NCBI GenBank assembly: GCA_003558105.1
Contig: PWMS01000096.1
Span: forward strand, 1,083 to 65,082
DNA: 64,000 nt
Source: Mollicutes bacterium
Lineage (GTDB): Bacteria > Bacillota_I > Bacilli_A > Izemoplasmatales > Izemoplasmataceae
Reading direction: 5' to 3'
In this document: piece by piece, positions 18,900 to 29,531 of the stretch
How positions within the stretch are numbered: the first letter of the stretch is position 1
How the letters are laid out: every line of letters begins with the position of its first letter
Made by a program: the position numbers and the translations under genes
Notes under the pieces: generated by a model
The model's database searches: none
What the model was told of the DNA's origin: nothing
Seen by the model: only the letters and a program-made list of their open reading frames with translations

Positions 18900-21800
18900 T
18901 GGCTTTTCAATGGAATGAAACGCAAAAACTTGCAATTGAAACCCCAACGCAAAACATCTTGGTCTCCGCAGCCGCGGGTTCTGGTAAAACGGCGGTTTTA
19001 ACCGCGCGTATCATCCGGTTGATCAAAAGCGGTGTATCTTTAGATAAACTCGTGGTTTTAACGTTTACAAACAAAGCTGCCAAAGAAATGAAAAGCCGAA
19101 TTCGAGAACGTCTTTTAGAACAAAGCGGTGTCTTTATCGATCTTGATTTACTGGATTCAGCGCATATCGAAACCTTTGATGCTTACGCCCTGCACATTGT
19201 AAAAAAATACGGCCATCACCTCAACATATCAAAACAAGCCACCGTGATGGAAAAAACAGAAGCACAAATTGAAAAAAAGCGCACCATTGAGGCGGTCTTT
19301 ACACAGTATTACGATAAGCCAACCCCGGCATTTTTAGATTATCTTAACGCGTATGCCAACAAAGATGACCACAGCCTACAAGCGCAGATTTTATATTTTT
19401 ATAATCAATTAGCGCTTCGCCCTAAACTCGCAAAAGACAAACATCAATATATCGACCGTTTTTTCACCGACCAGCATTTTGAAACATTATTCAATAGCTA
19501 TGAAGCGATGTTGTGTTCCCAAGCAAAAGCTATCTATCATGCGTTTGAAGCACTGGTAGAGAATGGTTTTTCAGACCCTGTGATTCAAAGAGTCGCCAAT
19601 GAAACTTTAGAAGCTTTGTCGTTTTTAATAGAAGCCACAGATTATGATACCCTTCAGCAAAAACTGACAAACTTTAAAATGCCACGCTTACAAGCAAAAG
19701 GCGATGAAGATCCAATCGATGAAGATGAAAAAGAAGCTTTTACACAACAACGAAAACAAATCAATGACAAGCGTTTTACCACGCTTAAGAAAAACGTTGC
19801 ATACGACAAAAAGACCCATTACCAAAGATTTATGGCTTCAAAAAAACACCTACCTATCATCGTGGATATTTTAGAAGCATTTGAAAAAATGTATCTCACT
19901 AGGCAAAAAGAAAAAGAACGCTTTGACTTCCCAAGCATCGCCGCGATGGCCTTAGAGCTTGTGGAAAATTTTCCTGAGATCAACCGACATATAAAGGCAA
20001 ATACGCATGAGATCTTAATTGATGAATACCAAGATACCAATCCCATGCAAGAAGCTTTTATAACAGCCATCAGCGATGATAATCTTTATATGGTCGGAGA
20101 CATCAAACAATCCATCTACCGGTTTAGAGATGCCGATGTGTCAATTTTTAGCGAAAAGTATCGGCGCTATAAAGAAAACAATGAAGGTTTGGTGATTGAT
20201 TTAAATCAAAACTACCGGTCGAGAAAACAGGTTTTAGATGATATCAATGCGGTTTTTACCCCCTTGATGGATGAGACGATTGGCGGGGTTTTATATGACC
20301 GCGATCAAAAACTATATTTTGGCAACCAAACCCTAGATGTTGCCGTTGATCATCCTTTTCCTTATGGTGGGTTGATCCATACCTATGATTCTGAGCTAAT
20401 AAAAGACGCCTTTCCTAAACCCTTCACCGCCAAAACCTTAGAAGCGTTTAAAGCCACGCACTTAATCAAAGAGCTTATGACCAGTCATCCCGGTATTAAA
20501 GCTGGCGATGCGAGCCGTGAACTACGCTATGGCGATATCGCCATCTTGATCGATCGCAGTACCGATTTCAAGATGTTTAAAGACGTCTTTGACACTGAAA
20601 ATATCCCCCTAATCCTACATAAAGAAGCGCCCTTTTTGGATCATAACGATGTGATGGCGTTAAAAAGTTTATTGATTTTAATCGATACCCTCCATACAAA
20701 TACGATCGATGAGACCTTTATACACGCTTTTTTAAGTGTGACACGCTCATTTATCTTTCAGTACCAAGATGCGGATATCTTTGCGTTTGTCCAAAAGATT
20801 CAAAAGACCACAAAAGCTTGTACAAAAACCAAACTTATACACGATCAAACCTTTGGGTCGTTTTTCCAAAAACTGTATGATTTAGTTGAAAACGTCAAAT
20901 GCTTAGCGCTTCATGAATTACTAGAAAGCGCCATCGACGTTTTTGAAGTTGAAGCCAACATGGTGCACCTTAAACAGACCAACACAGCTTTAAAACGTTT
21001 GGATACATTGCGTCAGGTAGCTAAAAATCAAAGCCAAGACGGGCTTGATTTAAAAGCGTTCTTAGCTTATTTTGATGAGGTTATCACCTTAGATGAAGAC
21101 ATTGAAACCGCCCAACCGATGTCATTTCATCAAAACGCCGTTCATCTGATGACGATGCATAAAGCCAAAGGCCTGCAGTTTCCTGTGGTTATCTTACCCC
21201 ATTTAGATAATGCCTTCCGATTTACTGAGGCAAGAGCGTATGCCTTTCATAAAAGCTATGGTTTCTTACTAAAAGGCGATATGGAAGACGGCTTGGTGAA
21301 AAGTTTTTTGTTTGATTTGGAAAAACAAAGCGAAAAAATCGAAATTATCAGTGAGCGTTTACGTCTTTTCTATGTGGCACTTACAAGAGCCATCGATCAA
21401 GTTCATCTCATCATGCCAAAACCGACTACTTCTAGACCTCGTCCGCTCACCGATTTTACCAAGACGACATTTTCATCATTTTACGATATGATCATCGGCA
21501 TCGCTGATCGTTTATCCTGGCATCGTCAATCCTTTGATGCGGCAGCATATAAAGATAAAATCAACTATCATAAACAACAAAGCCGCCAAAAAATGCCAAG
21601 CGAGAAAAAACATTCTAAAACGTATCAAGCCCCAAAATTTGAAACAACAGAAAAACTTTCTCGCTCTTATGCGCATGGGGTGAAAACCTTCTTGAGTTTA
21701 GAAGAAATTAAAGTTATGGCTTATGGGGATTTATTACACAATGTTTTAGAACATCTTGATTTTTATGCCCCCATCGCCCCACAACTCGATCAGATGGCGC

Positions 21801-22117
21801 TTGATGAAGAAGAAAAAGCGGTTATTCAGACATTCTTCACCCAACCCTTTATGCAAGATAAAGCATTGCAGGGGGTTTACAAAGAACATCCGTTTTTATA
21901 CGCGGATGACGATAGCGATGTTCGTGGTTTTATCGATTTACTCATCGAGACAAAATCAACCTTTATGGTCATTGACTATAAACTTAAAAATATCGATAAA
22001 CCAGAATATATCACGCAAGTCGAAGGCTATGTCAATACCTTACGTATGTTGAGTGATAAACCGGTAGAAGGCTATTTATACTCTATTTTAGACGGTACGT
22101 ATAAAAAGGTTGTCTAG
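18896..22117 (+). CDS. addA: Helicase-nuclease AddAB subunit A (UvrD-like SF1 helicase plus nuclease)
   Basis: Walker A AAAGSGKT, DEYQDTNP, VGDIKQSIYRFRDA, HKAKGLQFPVV, and a C-terminal nuclease motif GFIDLLIE...VIDYKLK. Confidence 0.85.
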   Translation: MMAFQWNETQKLAIETPTQNILVSAAAGSGKTAVLTARIIRLIKSGVSLDKLVVLTFTNKAAKEMKSRIRERLLEQSGVFIDLDLLDSAHIETFDAYALHIVKKYGHHLNISKQATVMEKTEAQIEKKRTIEAVFTQYYDKPTPAFLDYLNAYANKDDHSLQAQILYFYNQLALRPKLAKDKHQYIDRFFTDQHFETLFNSYEAMLCSQAKAIYHAFEALVENGFSDPVIQRVANETLEALSFLIEATDYDTLQQKLTNFKMPRLQAKGDEDPIDEDEKEAFTQQRKQINDKRFTTLKKNVAYDKKTHYQRFMASKKHLPIIVDILEAFEKMYLTRQKEKERFDFPSIAAMALELVENFPEINRHIKANTHEILIDEYQDTNPMQEAFITAISDDNLYMVGDIKQSIYRFRDADVSIFSEKYRRYKENNEGLVIDLNQNYRSRKQVLDDINAVFTPLMDETIGGVLYDRDQKLYFGNQTLDVAVDHPFPYGGLIHTYDSELIKDAFPKPFTAKTLEAFKATHLIKELMTSHPGIKAGDASRELRYGDIAILIDRSTDFKMFKDVFDTENIPLILHKEAPFLDHNDVMALKSLLILIDTLHTNTIDETFIHAFLSVTRSFIFQYQDADIFAFVQKIQKTTKACTKTKLIHDQTFGSFFQKLYDLVENVKCLALHELLESAIDVFEVEANMVHLKQTNTALKRLDTLRQVAKNQSQDGLDLKAFLAYFDEVITLDEDIETAQPMSFHQNAVHLMTMHKAKGLQFPVVILPHLDNAFRFTEARAYAFHKSYGFLLKGDMEDGLVKSFLFDLEKQSEKIEIISERLRLFYVALTRAIDQVHLIMPKPTTSRPRPLTDFTKTTFSSFYDMIIGIADRLSWHRQSFDAAAYKDKINYHKQQSRQKMPSEKKHSKTYQAPKFETTEKLSRSYAHGVKTFLSLEEIKVMAYGDLLHNVLEHLDFYAPIAPQLDQMALDEEEKAVIQTFFTQPFMQDKALQGVYKEHPFLYADDDSDVRGFIDLLIETKSTFMVIDYKLKNIDKPEYITQVEGYVNTLRMLSDKPVEGYLYSILDGTYKKVV

Positions 22118-22126
22118 GAGGTCTAT

Positions 22127-22828
22127 ATGATTAAATTTGAACAAGTATCAAAGATTTATCAAACCGGTAACATTAAAACAAAAGCCCTAGATCATGTCGA
22201 TGTTGAAATTTCTGCGGGCGATTTCGTGGTTATTTTAGGTCCCTCAGGCAGCGGGAAGAGTACGATGTTGAATTTGATGGGCGGGTTGGATTTACCAACC
22301 GAAGGCAATGTCACCGTCGATGCGATGCCCATCAGTACATTTGATGAAAAAAAGCTGGTGCAATTTAGAAGAAAGCATATCGGTTTTGTCTTCCAAGAGT
22401 ACAATCTTTTGCCCACGCTAACCAGTTATGAAAATATCGATATGGCCTATCATCTTTCCGATGATCCTTTGGATATCGATACTGCGTTAAAACAAGTCGG
22501 TCTTACAAAACACAAAGACAAATACCCCTATGAACTTTCTGGTGGCGAACAACAACGCGTCTCCATTGCCAGAGCTTTGGTAAAACAACCAAAAGTCTTG
22601 TTTTGTGATGAACCGACCGGTTCTTTGGACGAAGATATTGCCAAGCAAATACTGAAAGTTCTACAAAACCTAAATCAAACGATGAAGACAACCATTATCG
22701 TTATTACCCACAACACCGCAATCGCTCAAATTGCGGATCGCGTGATTCATCTTAATTCGGGTAAAATTGTCAAAGACATCCGGGTAAAAACAAAAGTTGA
22801 TTCTATGGAGATATCATTCAGTCCATGA
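22127..22828 (+). CDS. ABC transporter ATP-binding protein (MacB/LolD-like)
   Basis: Walker A GPSGSGKST, signature LSGGEQQRVSIARAL, Walker B VLFCDEPTGSLD. Confidence 0.9.
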   Translation: MIKFEQVSKIYQTGNIKTKALDHVDVEISAGDFVVILGPSGSGKSTMLNLMGGLDLPTEGNVTVDAMPISTFDEKKLVQFRRKHIGFVFQEYNLLPTLTSYENIDMAYHLSDDPLDIDTALKQVGLTKHKDKYPYELSGGEQQRVSIARALVKQPKVLFCDEPTGSLDEDIAKQILKVLQNLNQTMKTTIIVITHNTAIAQIADRVIHLNSGKIVKDIRVKTKVDSMEISFSP

Positions 22829-25149
22829 TGATCTACAAACACGTTTTAAGAACGTTTGCGAAAAAGAAATTAACGTTATTTTTACTCGGTATTGTCATTA
22901 TGTTGTCTTCGTTTGTCTATGTGGCTTTGCATATGGGAGCTGCCACGATCGAAAAAGCAACAGAAGCCTATTTTGATGATTATAATCAAGAGGATTTTGT
23001 CTTTGAAATGAGTCCTTATATCACCCCAAAAGAACATCAGCTTGATTTGGAACACTGTGTGATTCAAGCCCCAACCATGCCCGCGTTATACCAACAAGAT
23101 AAAGCGTGTTATTACGAACTCATCGATCAACGAATCACAGCCTTAAAAACCCTTGAAGCGATTACGCTTGAAGCTAGGTTTTTTAAAGATATCACGTCTG
23201 TACAAAACGACCACACACACCGGTTTCGTTTAATGCAGGAAACTGTGGCTATTAATCGAAGCTACTATACTCAAGGACAAAAACCGGCGTATGAAAACGA
23301 GATAGCGATTTTAGAAAATTATGCCAATCATAACGATATTAAGATTGGCGATACGCTTGTAATTCGCGGGGAAGACTATGAAGTTACCGGTTTTTTGTTA
23401 TTGCCGGATTATACCTTACCGGTGTTTGACCACGTCTTTGCGTATGGTACCGAATCACAAACGTTAATGATGGTGCATCCTGATTTCTTTGATGCGCTAT
23501 CAGAAGCGCCGAACTATCATCTGGGTGGCATATTTTTAGATGAGCCTTTTGGTGTGAGTGAGTTTTATGAACGACACGATACGGAAAATTATGGCATACA
23601 ACATATGATGTTGACGGAAAATAACATTCGTTCTGGCGCCATCTATACCGAAATTCAAGCCTCCTATGCCAGCGGTCTATTTATCAGTATCATCATCGCC
23701 TTTATCGGCATTGTCATCGTCGGTTTGATGATGAAAAAGACCTTAGAACAATCACAACGACCTTTTGGTATTTTAAAAGCTTTAGGCATGGAAAAAAAGG
23801 AATTGATGTGGCCTTATTTGACGCTTATCTTAGGTTTTTCTTTCTTGGCGCTTTGGCTGGGCTATATGATTGGATTCCTCTTCGCCCCAATATTGCGAGA
23901 TGTGTATTTGGCCTTTTATCTATTACCAAAAACCGATGTTGAATTTTCTTTTTTGGCGCTTCTCATTGGAGTTTTCGCACCGTTTTTAGTGCTGTTTGTG
24001 ATGGGTTTTTTCATCACGAATCGACTGTTAAACCAAGATGCTTTACATATGATGCATCCGCCGATTACGAAAATGGCTAAAGTTCATCAAAGTCGCTTGC
24101 GACGCTTGATAAATAAACTGGGCTTTAACACCCGCTATCAAACCATTTTTATGTTGCGGCATAAACTTAAGGTCCTCATCTATGCCGTTGGGGTTTTCTT
24201 TGCTTTTTTCCTTAGCTTCTTAGCACTTGGGATGCTCGATGTTTTTGAAGCCACCGTCACCGATTATTACGATTCTGTTCATTACACCCATATCGGATAT
24301 TACCCTGAAGAAGCCCAACCCGGAGACAAAGTGATTGAGATAAACGCTTTAATTTATGAATCTCCAGCAATGTTGATTGGGCTTTCTGAAAACCAAACCA
24401 TGCATCCATTGTTTGATAAAGATGGCCGTGATTTAACCCCGCGTTTAAATGAAGGACTCGTCATTTCGCAAAGCTTTGCGTTGTTAAACGATCTTGCGCT
24501 TAATGACCGTATCGAGATTTATCTTGGGGCTCAAAAAGAAACCTATACCGTGGTTGGTGTCGCTAATATTTATCCAGGGGATCACGTATTTACAGATCGC
24601 GCGATGCTTGCTAAGACGTTTTTTAACGATGCCGATTACTATAACACCATCTATGCCGATTATCCTTTGGATGAGACACAATTTCAATCGGTTTTCAGCG
24701 TCGATACGCTATTGAATCAAATCGATGATTTGAACGAAGTGACCATGCAAGTTTTTTATGTGATTGTATTATCGGGCCTTTTCATCGGGTTGATTATTGT
24801 CTATTTGTTAAGTGTTTTAATCGTGGAAGACCACTACGTCCATATCGCCTTGTTTAAAATGCTGGGTTATGATGATCAAGCGATTCATACGATCTTACTT
24901 GGGGGCTATCGAAAACTCAATATTGTGTTATTCATACTTTGTATTCCCTTTACGTTATGGGTCTTTGTTTTATTTAGAAACTTCTTTGCGATGATGTTTG
25001 GCTTTATCTTTGTGATGTCATTAAATCCATTACATTTATTCGGAATCGCCCTACTTTATGTTATTATTTTTATGGTAGCGAGCCGACATGCGAAAAAGAA
25101 AGTAACCGATGTTGCTTTAAGTGTTGCGCTAAAAGTCTACCAAAATTGA
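22825..25149 (+). CDS. ABC transporter permease, FtsX-like with duplicated permease domains
   Basis: 774 aa with two blocks of TM helices separated by large hydrophilic loops. ATGA overlap with the ATPase gene. Confidence 0.8.
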   Translation: MMIYKHVLRTFAKKKLTLFLLGIVIMLSSFVYVALHMGAATIEKATEAYFDDYNQEDFVFEMSPYITPKEHQLDLEHCVIQAPTMPALYQQDKACYYELIDQRITALKTLEAITLEARFFKDITSVQNDHTHRFRLMQETVAINRSYYTQGQKPAYENEIAILENYANHNDIKIGDTLVIRGEDYEVTGFLLLPDYTLPVFDHVFAYGTESQTLMMVHPDFFDALSEAPNYHLGGIFLDEPFGVSEFYERHDTENYGIQHMMLTENNIRSGAIYTEIQASYASGLFISIIIAFIGIVIVGLMMKKTLEQSQRPFGILKALGMEKKELMWPYLTLILGFSFLALWLGYMIGFLFAPILRDVYLAFYLLPKTDVEFSFLALLIGVFAPFLVLFVMGFFITNRLLNQDALHMMHPPITKMAKVHQSRLRRLINKLGFNTRYQTIFMLRHKLKVLIYAVGVFFAFFLSFLALGMLDVFEATVTDYYDSVHYTHIGYYPEEAQPGDKVIEINALIYESPAMLIGLSENQTMHPLFDKDGRDLTPRLNEGLVISQSFALLNDLALNDRIEIYLGAQKETYTVVGVANIYPGDHVFTDRAMLAKTFFNDADYYNTIYADYPLDETQFQSVFSVDTLLNQIDDLNEVTMQVFYVIVLSGLFIGLIIVYLLSVLIVEDHYVHIALFKMLGYDDQAIHTILLGGYRKLNIVLFILCIPFTLWVFVLFRNFFAMMFGFIFVMSLNPLHLFGIALLYVIIFMVASRHAKKKVTDVALSVALKVYQN

Positions 25150-25156
25150 GGGTTAT

Positions 25157-26023
25157 ATGAAAGAAGCGAGAATTGTAAAACTCATCGGTGGTATCTATAC
25201 ATTAAAAACCGAGGATAATGAAAAAATTGCGCTCAAACCACGCGGTTTATTTCGCCATGAGAACATCGATCCCAGGGTTGGGGATGTCGTGTTGTTTGAT
25301 GATGATTTCATCCAAGAAGTCAAACCCCGCCAATCGATTCTAAAGCGGCCTTCAATCGCCAATGTGGATCAAGCCTTTTTAATTAGTGGCGCTAAGGAAC
25401 CTGAGTTTAGTTTCTTCTTGTTGGACCGATTCTTGGTTCATACAGAACACGCCGGGATCGATGCAATTATCGTTATCAACAAGATTGATCTTTTAAGCCC
25501 TGCAGCCTTAGAAACACTTAAAGAACAATTTCGCCATTATGAAAAGTACTATACCATTTATTTTGTCAGTGCAAAACAAGAAGCAACCCTCCATGATTTA
25601 CGGGCTGAATTTAAAGATAAAGTCAGCGTCTTTGCCGGTCAAACCGGCAGTGGCAAAAGCAGCATTCTCAATGCGATTGACCCGAGTTTAAAACTAAAGA
25701 CGCAAATGATCTCTAAAGCTTTAGGGCGCGGACGTCATACCACAAGACACAGTGAATTAATCGATCTTTTCGGTGGCTTGGTCGCCGATACACCAGGATT
25801 TTCAAAACTGGATTTTGAAAGTTTAGATGCGACCGACATTAAAGATTGTTATATCGATTTTATTTCTTATACCGAGGCTTGTAAATTCCGGGGTTGCTTG
25901 CATCTAAAAGAACCGGGCTGCGCGGTTAAAAAAGCCGTTGAAGACCATGAAATACCACGTTTGAGATATGAAAACTATATCCGTATTCAAACCGAAGTTT
26001 CGCAAATGAAAAAACGATATTAG
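25157..26023 (+). CDS. rsgA: Ribosome small-subunit-dependent GTPase A
   Basis: Circularly permuted GTPase (NKIDLL before GQTGSGKSS) and a C-terminal Zn knuckle CKFRGCLHLKEPGC. Confidence 0.9.
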   Translation: MKEARIVKLIGGIYTLKTEDNEKIALKPRGLFRHENIDPRVGDVVLFDDDFIQEVKPRQSILKRPSIANVDQAFLISGAKEPEFSFFLLDRFLVHTEHAGIDAIIVINKIDLLSPAALETLKEQFRHYEKYYTIYFVSAKQEATLHDLRAEFKDKVSVFAGQTGSGKSSILNAIDPSLKLKTQMISKALGRGRHTTRHSELIDLFGGLVADTPGFSKLDFESLDATDIKDCYIDFISYTEACKFRGCLHLKEPGCAVKKAVEDHEIPRLRYENYIRIQTEVSQMKKRY

Positions 26024-26034
26024 GAGTGTTTAAA

Positions 26035-26670
26035 ATGAAAATAGCCCCTTCTATACTGGCCTCAGATTTTGCTAATTTAAGCGCTGAGCTAAACACCATT
26101 AGCGCGGCGGATTGGATTCACATCGATGTTATGGACGGTCATTTTGTCCCTAATTTAACGTTTGGTGCGCCGGTGGTCAAGGCGATCAGAAATCATACCG
26201 ACAAACCCTTTGATACCCACTTAATGATCAGTAACCCCGAACAATATCTGGATGATTTTATCGCCGCAGGCAGCGATCATATCACGTTTCATATTGAAAC
26301 GGTTAAATCGCCTAAAGCGCTTATTGATAAACTTCATAAACATAACGTTAAAGCTGGCCTGTCTTTAAAGCCGAAAACCCCTGTGAAGGATATCGAACCT
26401 TATCTAAAGGATATCGACGTGGTTTTGGTTATGAGCGTTGAACCAGGGTTTGGTGGTCAAAGTTTTATCGAGAAGACCCTTGCCAAAATGCAAAGGTTGT
26501 CGGACCTTAAAAAAAGGCATAACTATAGCTATGAGATTGTCGTCGATGGTGGTATCAACGAAACGACCGCAAAGCAGTGCCGGGATGTTGGGGTCGATGT
26601 TTTGGTGGCGGGGTCGTATATCTTTAAGGCTAAAGACCGCAACGAACGAATCCAGAGGTTAAAATTATGA
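26035..26670 (+). CDS. rpe: Ribulose-phosphate 3-epimerase
   Basis: MKIAPSILASDF, HIDVMDGHFVPN, MSVEPGFGGQ, VDGGIN. ATG 26035 lies 8 nt after AGGAG. Confidence 0.9.
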   Translation: MKIAPSILASDFANLSAELNTISAADWIHIDVMDGHFVPNLTFGAPVVKAIRNHTDKPFDTHLMISNPEQYLDDFIAAGSDHITFHIETVKSPKALIDKLHKHNVKAGLSLKPKTPVKDIEPYLKDIDVVLVMSVEPGFGGQSFIEKTLAKMQRLSDLKKRHNYSYEIVVDGGINETTAKQCRDVGVDVLVAGSYIFKAKDRNERIQRLKL

Positions 26671-27272
26671 TTGTTAAAATATTTGTTAATCCTCTAAGCT
26701 ATTCGATCGATAAAGTGTATCAAAAAGAGGAAAACGAGCTTTGTATTGGCGTCGATAAAGGCGCTTATTATGCGCTTCAAAAAGGTATCAATCTTGAACT
26801 AGCCCTAGGCGATTTTGACAGCGTCAGTCAACGTGAACTCGCCTATATTAAAAAACATGCGAAAAAGACCCAAACTCATGCTATAAGAAAAGATAAAACC
26901 GATAGTGATTTGGCTATCAGTGAAGCTTTAAAACTCCATCCTGATCGCATTGAAGTTTACGGCGGTATCGGGAAGCGCCTAGACCACACCTACGGGAATC
27001 TCATGTTTTTAAAACGGGGTAATATTATTTTGCGTACGGATGATCAAAAAGCCTTTGTCTTAGAAGCAGGAAGCTACGGCATTACCCATGATTATGATTA
27101 TATATCGTTTTTTGCGATAGAACCTATCAAGAAACTAACCTTGCGTGGTTTTTCGTTTGAAATCAAAGATTATGATTTAGCCGTGGATGATCCTTTATGC
27201 ATCTCGAATCAAGGTGAAGGTGTCGTCAGTTTTGAAAAAGGCCGTTTATTGGTTATCCAAGCCAACGATTAA
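26667..27272 (+). CDS. thiN: Thiamine pyrophosphokinase
   Basis: GDFDS motif, DKTDSDLA and GGIGKRLDH. ATGA overlap with rpe. Same position as B. subtilis yloS/thiN. Confidence 0.8.
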   Translation: MIVKIFVNPLSYSIDKVYQKEENELCIGVDKGAYYALQKGINLELALGDFDSVSQRELAYIKKHAKKTQTHAIRKDKTDSDLAISEALKLHPDRIEVYGGIGKRLDHTYGNLMFLKRGNIILRTDDQKAFVLEAGSYGITHDYDYISFFAIEPIKKLTLRGFSFEIKDYDLAVDDPLCISNQGEGVVSFEKGRLLVIQAND

Positions 27273-27278
27273 AAAAAA

Positions 27279-27300
27279 CACTGCGGATTCGCAGCGTTTT
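27279..27300 (+). terminator. Weak terminator after thiN
   Basis: CTGCG-GATT-CGCAG followed by CGTTTT. Confidence 0.45.
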
Positions 27301-27337
27301 CAAAAAGAAGAAGATTTATGAACAATGGTTTTCCATA

Positions 27338-27361
27338 ATAAAAGTCGACATGTCGACCTTT
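27338..27361 (-). terminator. Terminator after rpmB
   Basis: 14-bp palindrome GTCGACATGTCGAC followed on the minus strand by TTTTATTAT. Confidence 0.55.
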
Positions 27362-27374
27362 ACTAAAGCATCAA

Positions 27375-27566
27375 TTAAGCACGGGTTAAATTACTTTTTT
27401 TAAGTGCGCGAGCAGAGACAAATACTGTTTTCTTCTCGCCATTTTCGTCAATGATTCTAACCTTTTGTAAGTTCGCTTTCCACTTTCTACGTGTCGCAGT
27501 CTTAGAGAAAGAACGACTATTTCCAGTTAGATTTTTCTTGCCTGTGATATAACATGCTTTGGCCAT
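27375..27566 (-). CDS. rpmB: 50S ribosomal protein L28
   Basis: [50 protein letters not shown]. Confidence 0.9.
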   Translation of the reverse strand: MAKACYITGKKNLTGNSRSFSKTATRRKWKANLQKVRIIDENGEKKTVFVSARALKKSNLTRA

Positions 27567-27614
27567 ACGTCATCCTCCATTCACTTTAGAATCGTTGTCC
27601 GTAAAACCTAATAA

Positions 27615-27642
27615 ATTATACCACAATAAAATTAAATTGCAA
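27615..27642 (-). promoter_or_regulatory. Promoter of rpmB
   Basis: Minus strand: TTGCAA, 16-nt spacer ending in TGG, TATAAT. Confidence 0.6.
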
Positions 27643-27806
27643 GATAATCTGCGAAAAAAATGTGAAACGGTTAGAAATCGCTAATATGTTGCATATTAGC
27701 CTACATTATGATAAAATAAAATGACTATAAATATTAAGGTTATCAAAGTATTTTTTAGACAAAACAATTAGACATCGAACCTATAAAAAAAACGGAGGAT
27801 ATGATT

Positions 27807-29474
27807 ATGTGCCCAAAGGAAATCGATGGAAATTTAATGAGAATTATCATCACAAACGGTAGTATAAAATTAAAAAACAACCATCAATACATAAATGATT
27901 TAAACGTCTTTCCAGTGCCAGATGGCGATACTGGAAGCAACATGCAATCAACGATGATGTCGGGCGTAAAAGCGATTGAATCCCTAGATGACGCCACGAT
28001 TGAAAATATTGGTAAAGCCTTATCACGCGGGCTTTTAATGGGCGCAAGAGGCAACTCTGGCGTTATTTTGTCACAGCTTTTTAGCGGATTTGCCAAAGCA
28101 TTTTCATCGTTGAAGACAGCCAATGCCAAAGAATTTATTCAAGGCTTACAACAAGGTGTAAAACAAGCTTACAGTGCCGTAATCAACCCCGTTGAAGGCA
28201 CGATTTTAACCGTGGCAAGAGAAGCTGCTGATAAGGCAGAAAAAGACGTCACTGAAGATGCTGATATTACGGATGTATTGAAGGTTTATTTAGAAGAGGC
28301 TAAAATGTCCTTGGAAAGAACGCCCGATCTTTTGCCTGTATTAAAAGAAAGTGGCGTCGTAGATAGCGGTGGTGCTGGATTAATTGTCATTATTGAAGGC
28401 ATGATTGACGCCTTGGAAGGCGATATCATCAAAGAAGAGCGTTCTGCTCGAAGAGCCGCTCAAAAAACAGAAGCTCAACGCGAGACTGAAATTGAAGAAT
28501 TCGGTTATTGTACAGAATTCATCATTCAACTTGATCATGAGAAAAAATTTAATAAAGATAAACTGATTCGCCAATTGAACCGTCTTGGAGATTCTATCGT
28601 GGTGGTAGCCGATGAAGAAATTTGTAAAGTCCACGTTCACACTAAAAATCCTGGTGATGCGCTTAATATCGGTCAAAACTATGGCGAATTTGCCAATTTG
28701 AAAATTGAAAATATGACCATGCAACATACCGAGACCTTACTTCATGCTCCCCCTAATGATGGCGAACCACATATGTGTGGGCATGAACACACCGAATATG
28801 ATTTAGGCCCTCGGAAAAAATTTGGGTTAATAACCGTGGTCAATGGTGATGGTCTGCATGATATGTTTAAAGAGATGGGCGTTAATTACGTGATTGACGG
28901 CGGCCAAACCATGAATCCATCAACCCAAGATTTTATCGATGCGGTTGAATTGGTTAATGCCGATAATATCTTAATTATCCCCAACAATAAAAATGTTATG
29001 TTGAGTGCTGAGCACGCCTCAAAAGCGATTGAAGATAAAAACGTTATCGTCTTGCCTGCCAAAACGATACCGCAAGGCTATGCGGCATTGACAATGTTCG
29101 ATGCAAACCAAGAAGTTGAAGCCGCGGTCGAAGAGATGAAAGAATTAATCGACCATGTTGTAAGTGGTGAAGTGACTTATGCGGTTCGCGATACAAAAAT
29201 TAATGGATTTGAGATTAAAAAAGGCGATTATCTCGGCATCAAAGAAGGCAAGATAATCACCACTAAAGAAACCCGTTTAAAAACCACCCAAGCTTTGCTT
29301 GATGAACTGATTTGCGAGGACGCTGAGATTATCACCATCATGGTTGGTGAAGAGGTTGATAAAAAAGAAGTTGAGAAAATTCGTGAATACATCGAGAAAC
29401 ATTTCCCTGAGATAGAAATTGAAGTCATTCAGGGCGAACAAAGCATATACGATTATTTATTAGCTGTAGAATAG
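27807..29474 (+). CDS. fakA: DAK2-domain protein YloV / fatty-acid kinase subunit FakA
   Basis: LNVFPVPDGDTGSNM Dak2 motif and about 555 aa. Occupies the conserved rpmB-yloV-recG position. ATG 27807 preferred (8 nt after GGAGG), but 27801 is possible. Confidence 0.8.
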   Translation: MCPKEIDGNLMRIIITNGSIKLKNNHQYINDLNVFPVPDGDTGSNMQSTMMSGVKAIESLDDATIENIGKALSRGLLMGARGNSGVILSQLFSGFAKAFSSLKTANAKEFIQGLQQGVKQAYSAVINPVEGTILTVAREAADKAEKDVTEDADITDVLKVYLEEAKMSLERTPDLLPVLKESGVVDSGGAGLIVIIEGMIDALEGDIIKEERSARRAAQKTEAQRETEIEEFGYCTEFIIQLDHEKKFNKDKLIRQLNRLGDSIVVVADEEICKVHVHTKNPGDALNIGQNYGEFANLKIENMTMQHTETLLHAPPNDGEPHMCGHEHTEYDLGPRKKFGLITVVNGDGLHDMFKEMGVNYVIDGGQTMNPSTQDFIDAVELVNADNILIIPNNKNVMLSAEHASKAIEDKNVIVLPAKTIPQGYAALTMFDANQEVEAAVEEMKELIDHVVSGEVTYAVRDTKINGFEIKKGDYLGIKEGKIITTKETRLKTTQALLDELICEDAEIITIMVGEEVDKKEVEKIREYIEKHFPEIEIEVIQGEQSIYDYLLAVE

Positions 29475-29499
29475 AGGACCGAAAGGTCCTTTTTATTTT
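29475..29499 (+). terminator. Rho-independent terminator after fakA/yloV
   Basis: AGGACC-GAAA-GGTCCT followed by TTTTTATTTT. Confidence 0.8.
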
Positions 29500-29506
29500 G
29501 ATTTCA

Positions 29507-29515
29507 TGATATAAT
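29507..29515 (+). promoter_or_regulatory. Extended -10 element (TGATATAAT) upstream of recG
   Basis: Lies between the fakA terminator and the AGGTGA RBS of recG. Confidence 0.45.
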
Positions 29516-29531
29516 ACGACTAGGTGATAGT

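Noticed and set aside
22127-25149. ABC ATPase plus large FtsX-type permease next to addBA, considered as a possible defence or bacteriocin-immunity module.
   Set aside because: There is no adjacent peptide, sensor kinase or immunity gene. The architecture is that of a generic MacB/FtsX-type exporter, and nothing in the sequence distinguishes it.
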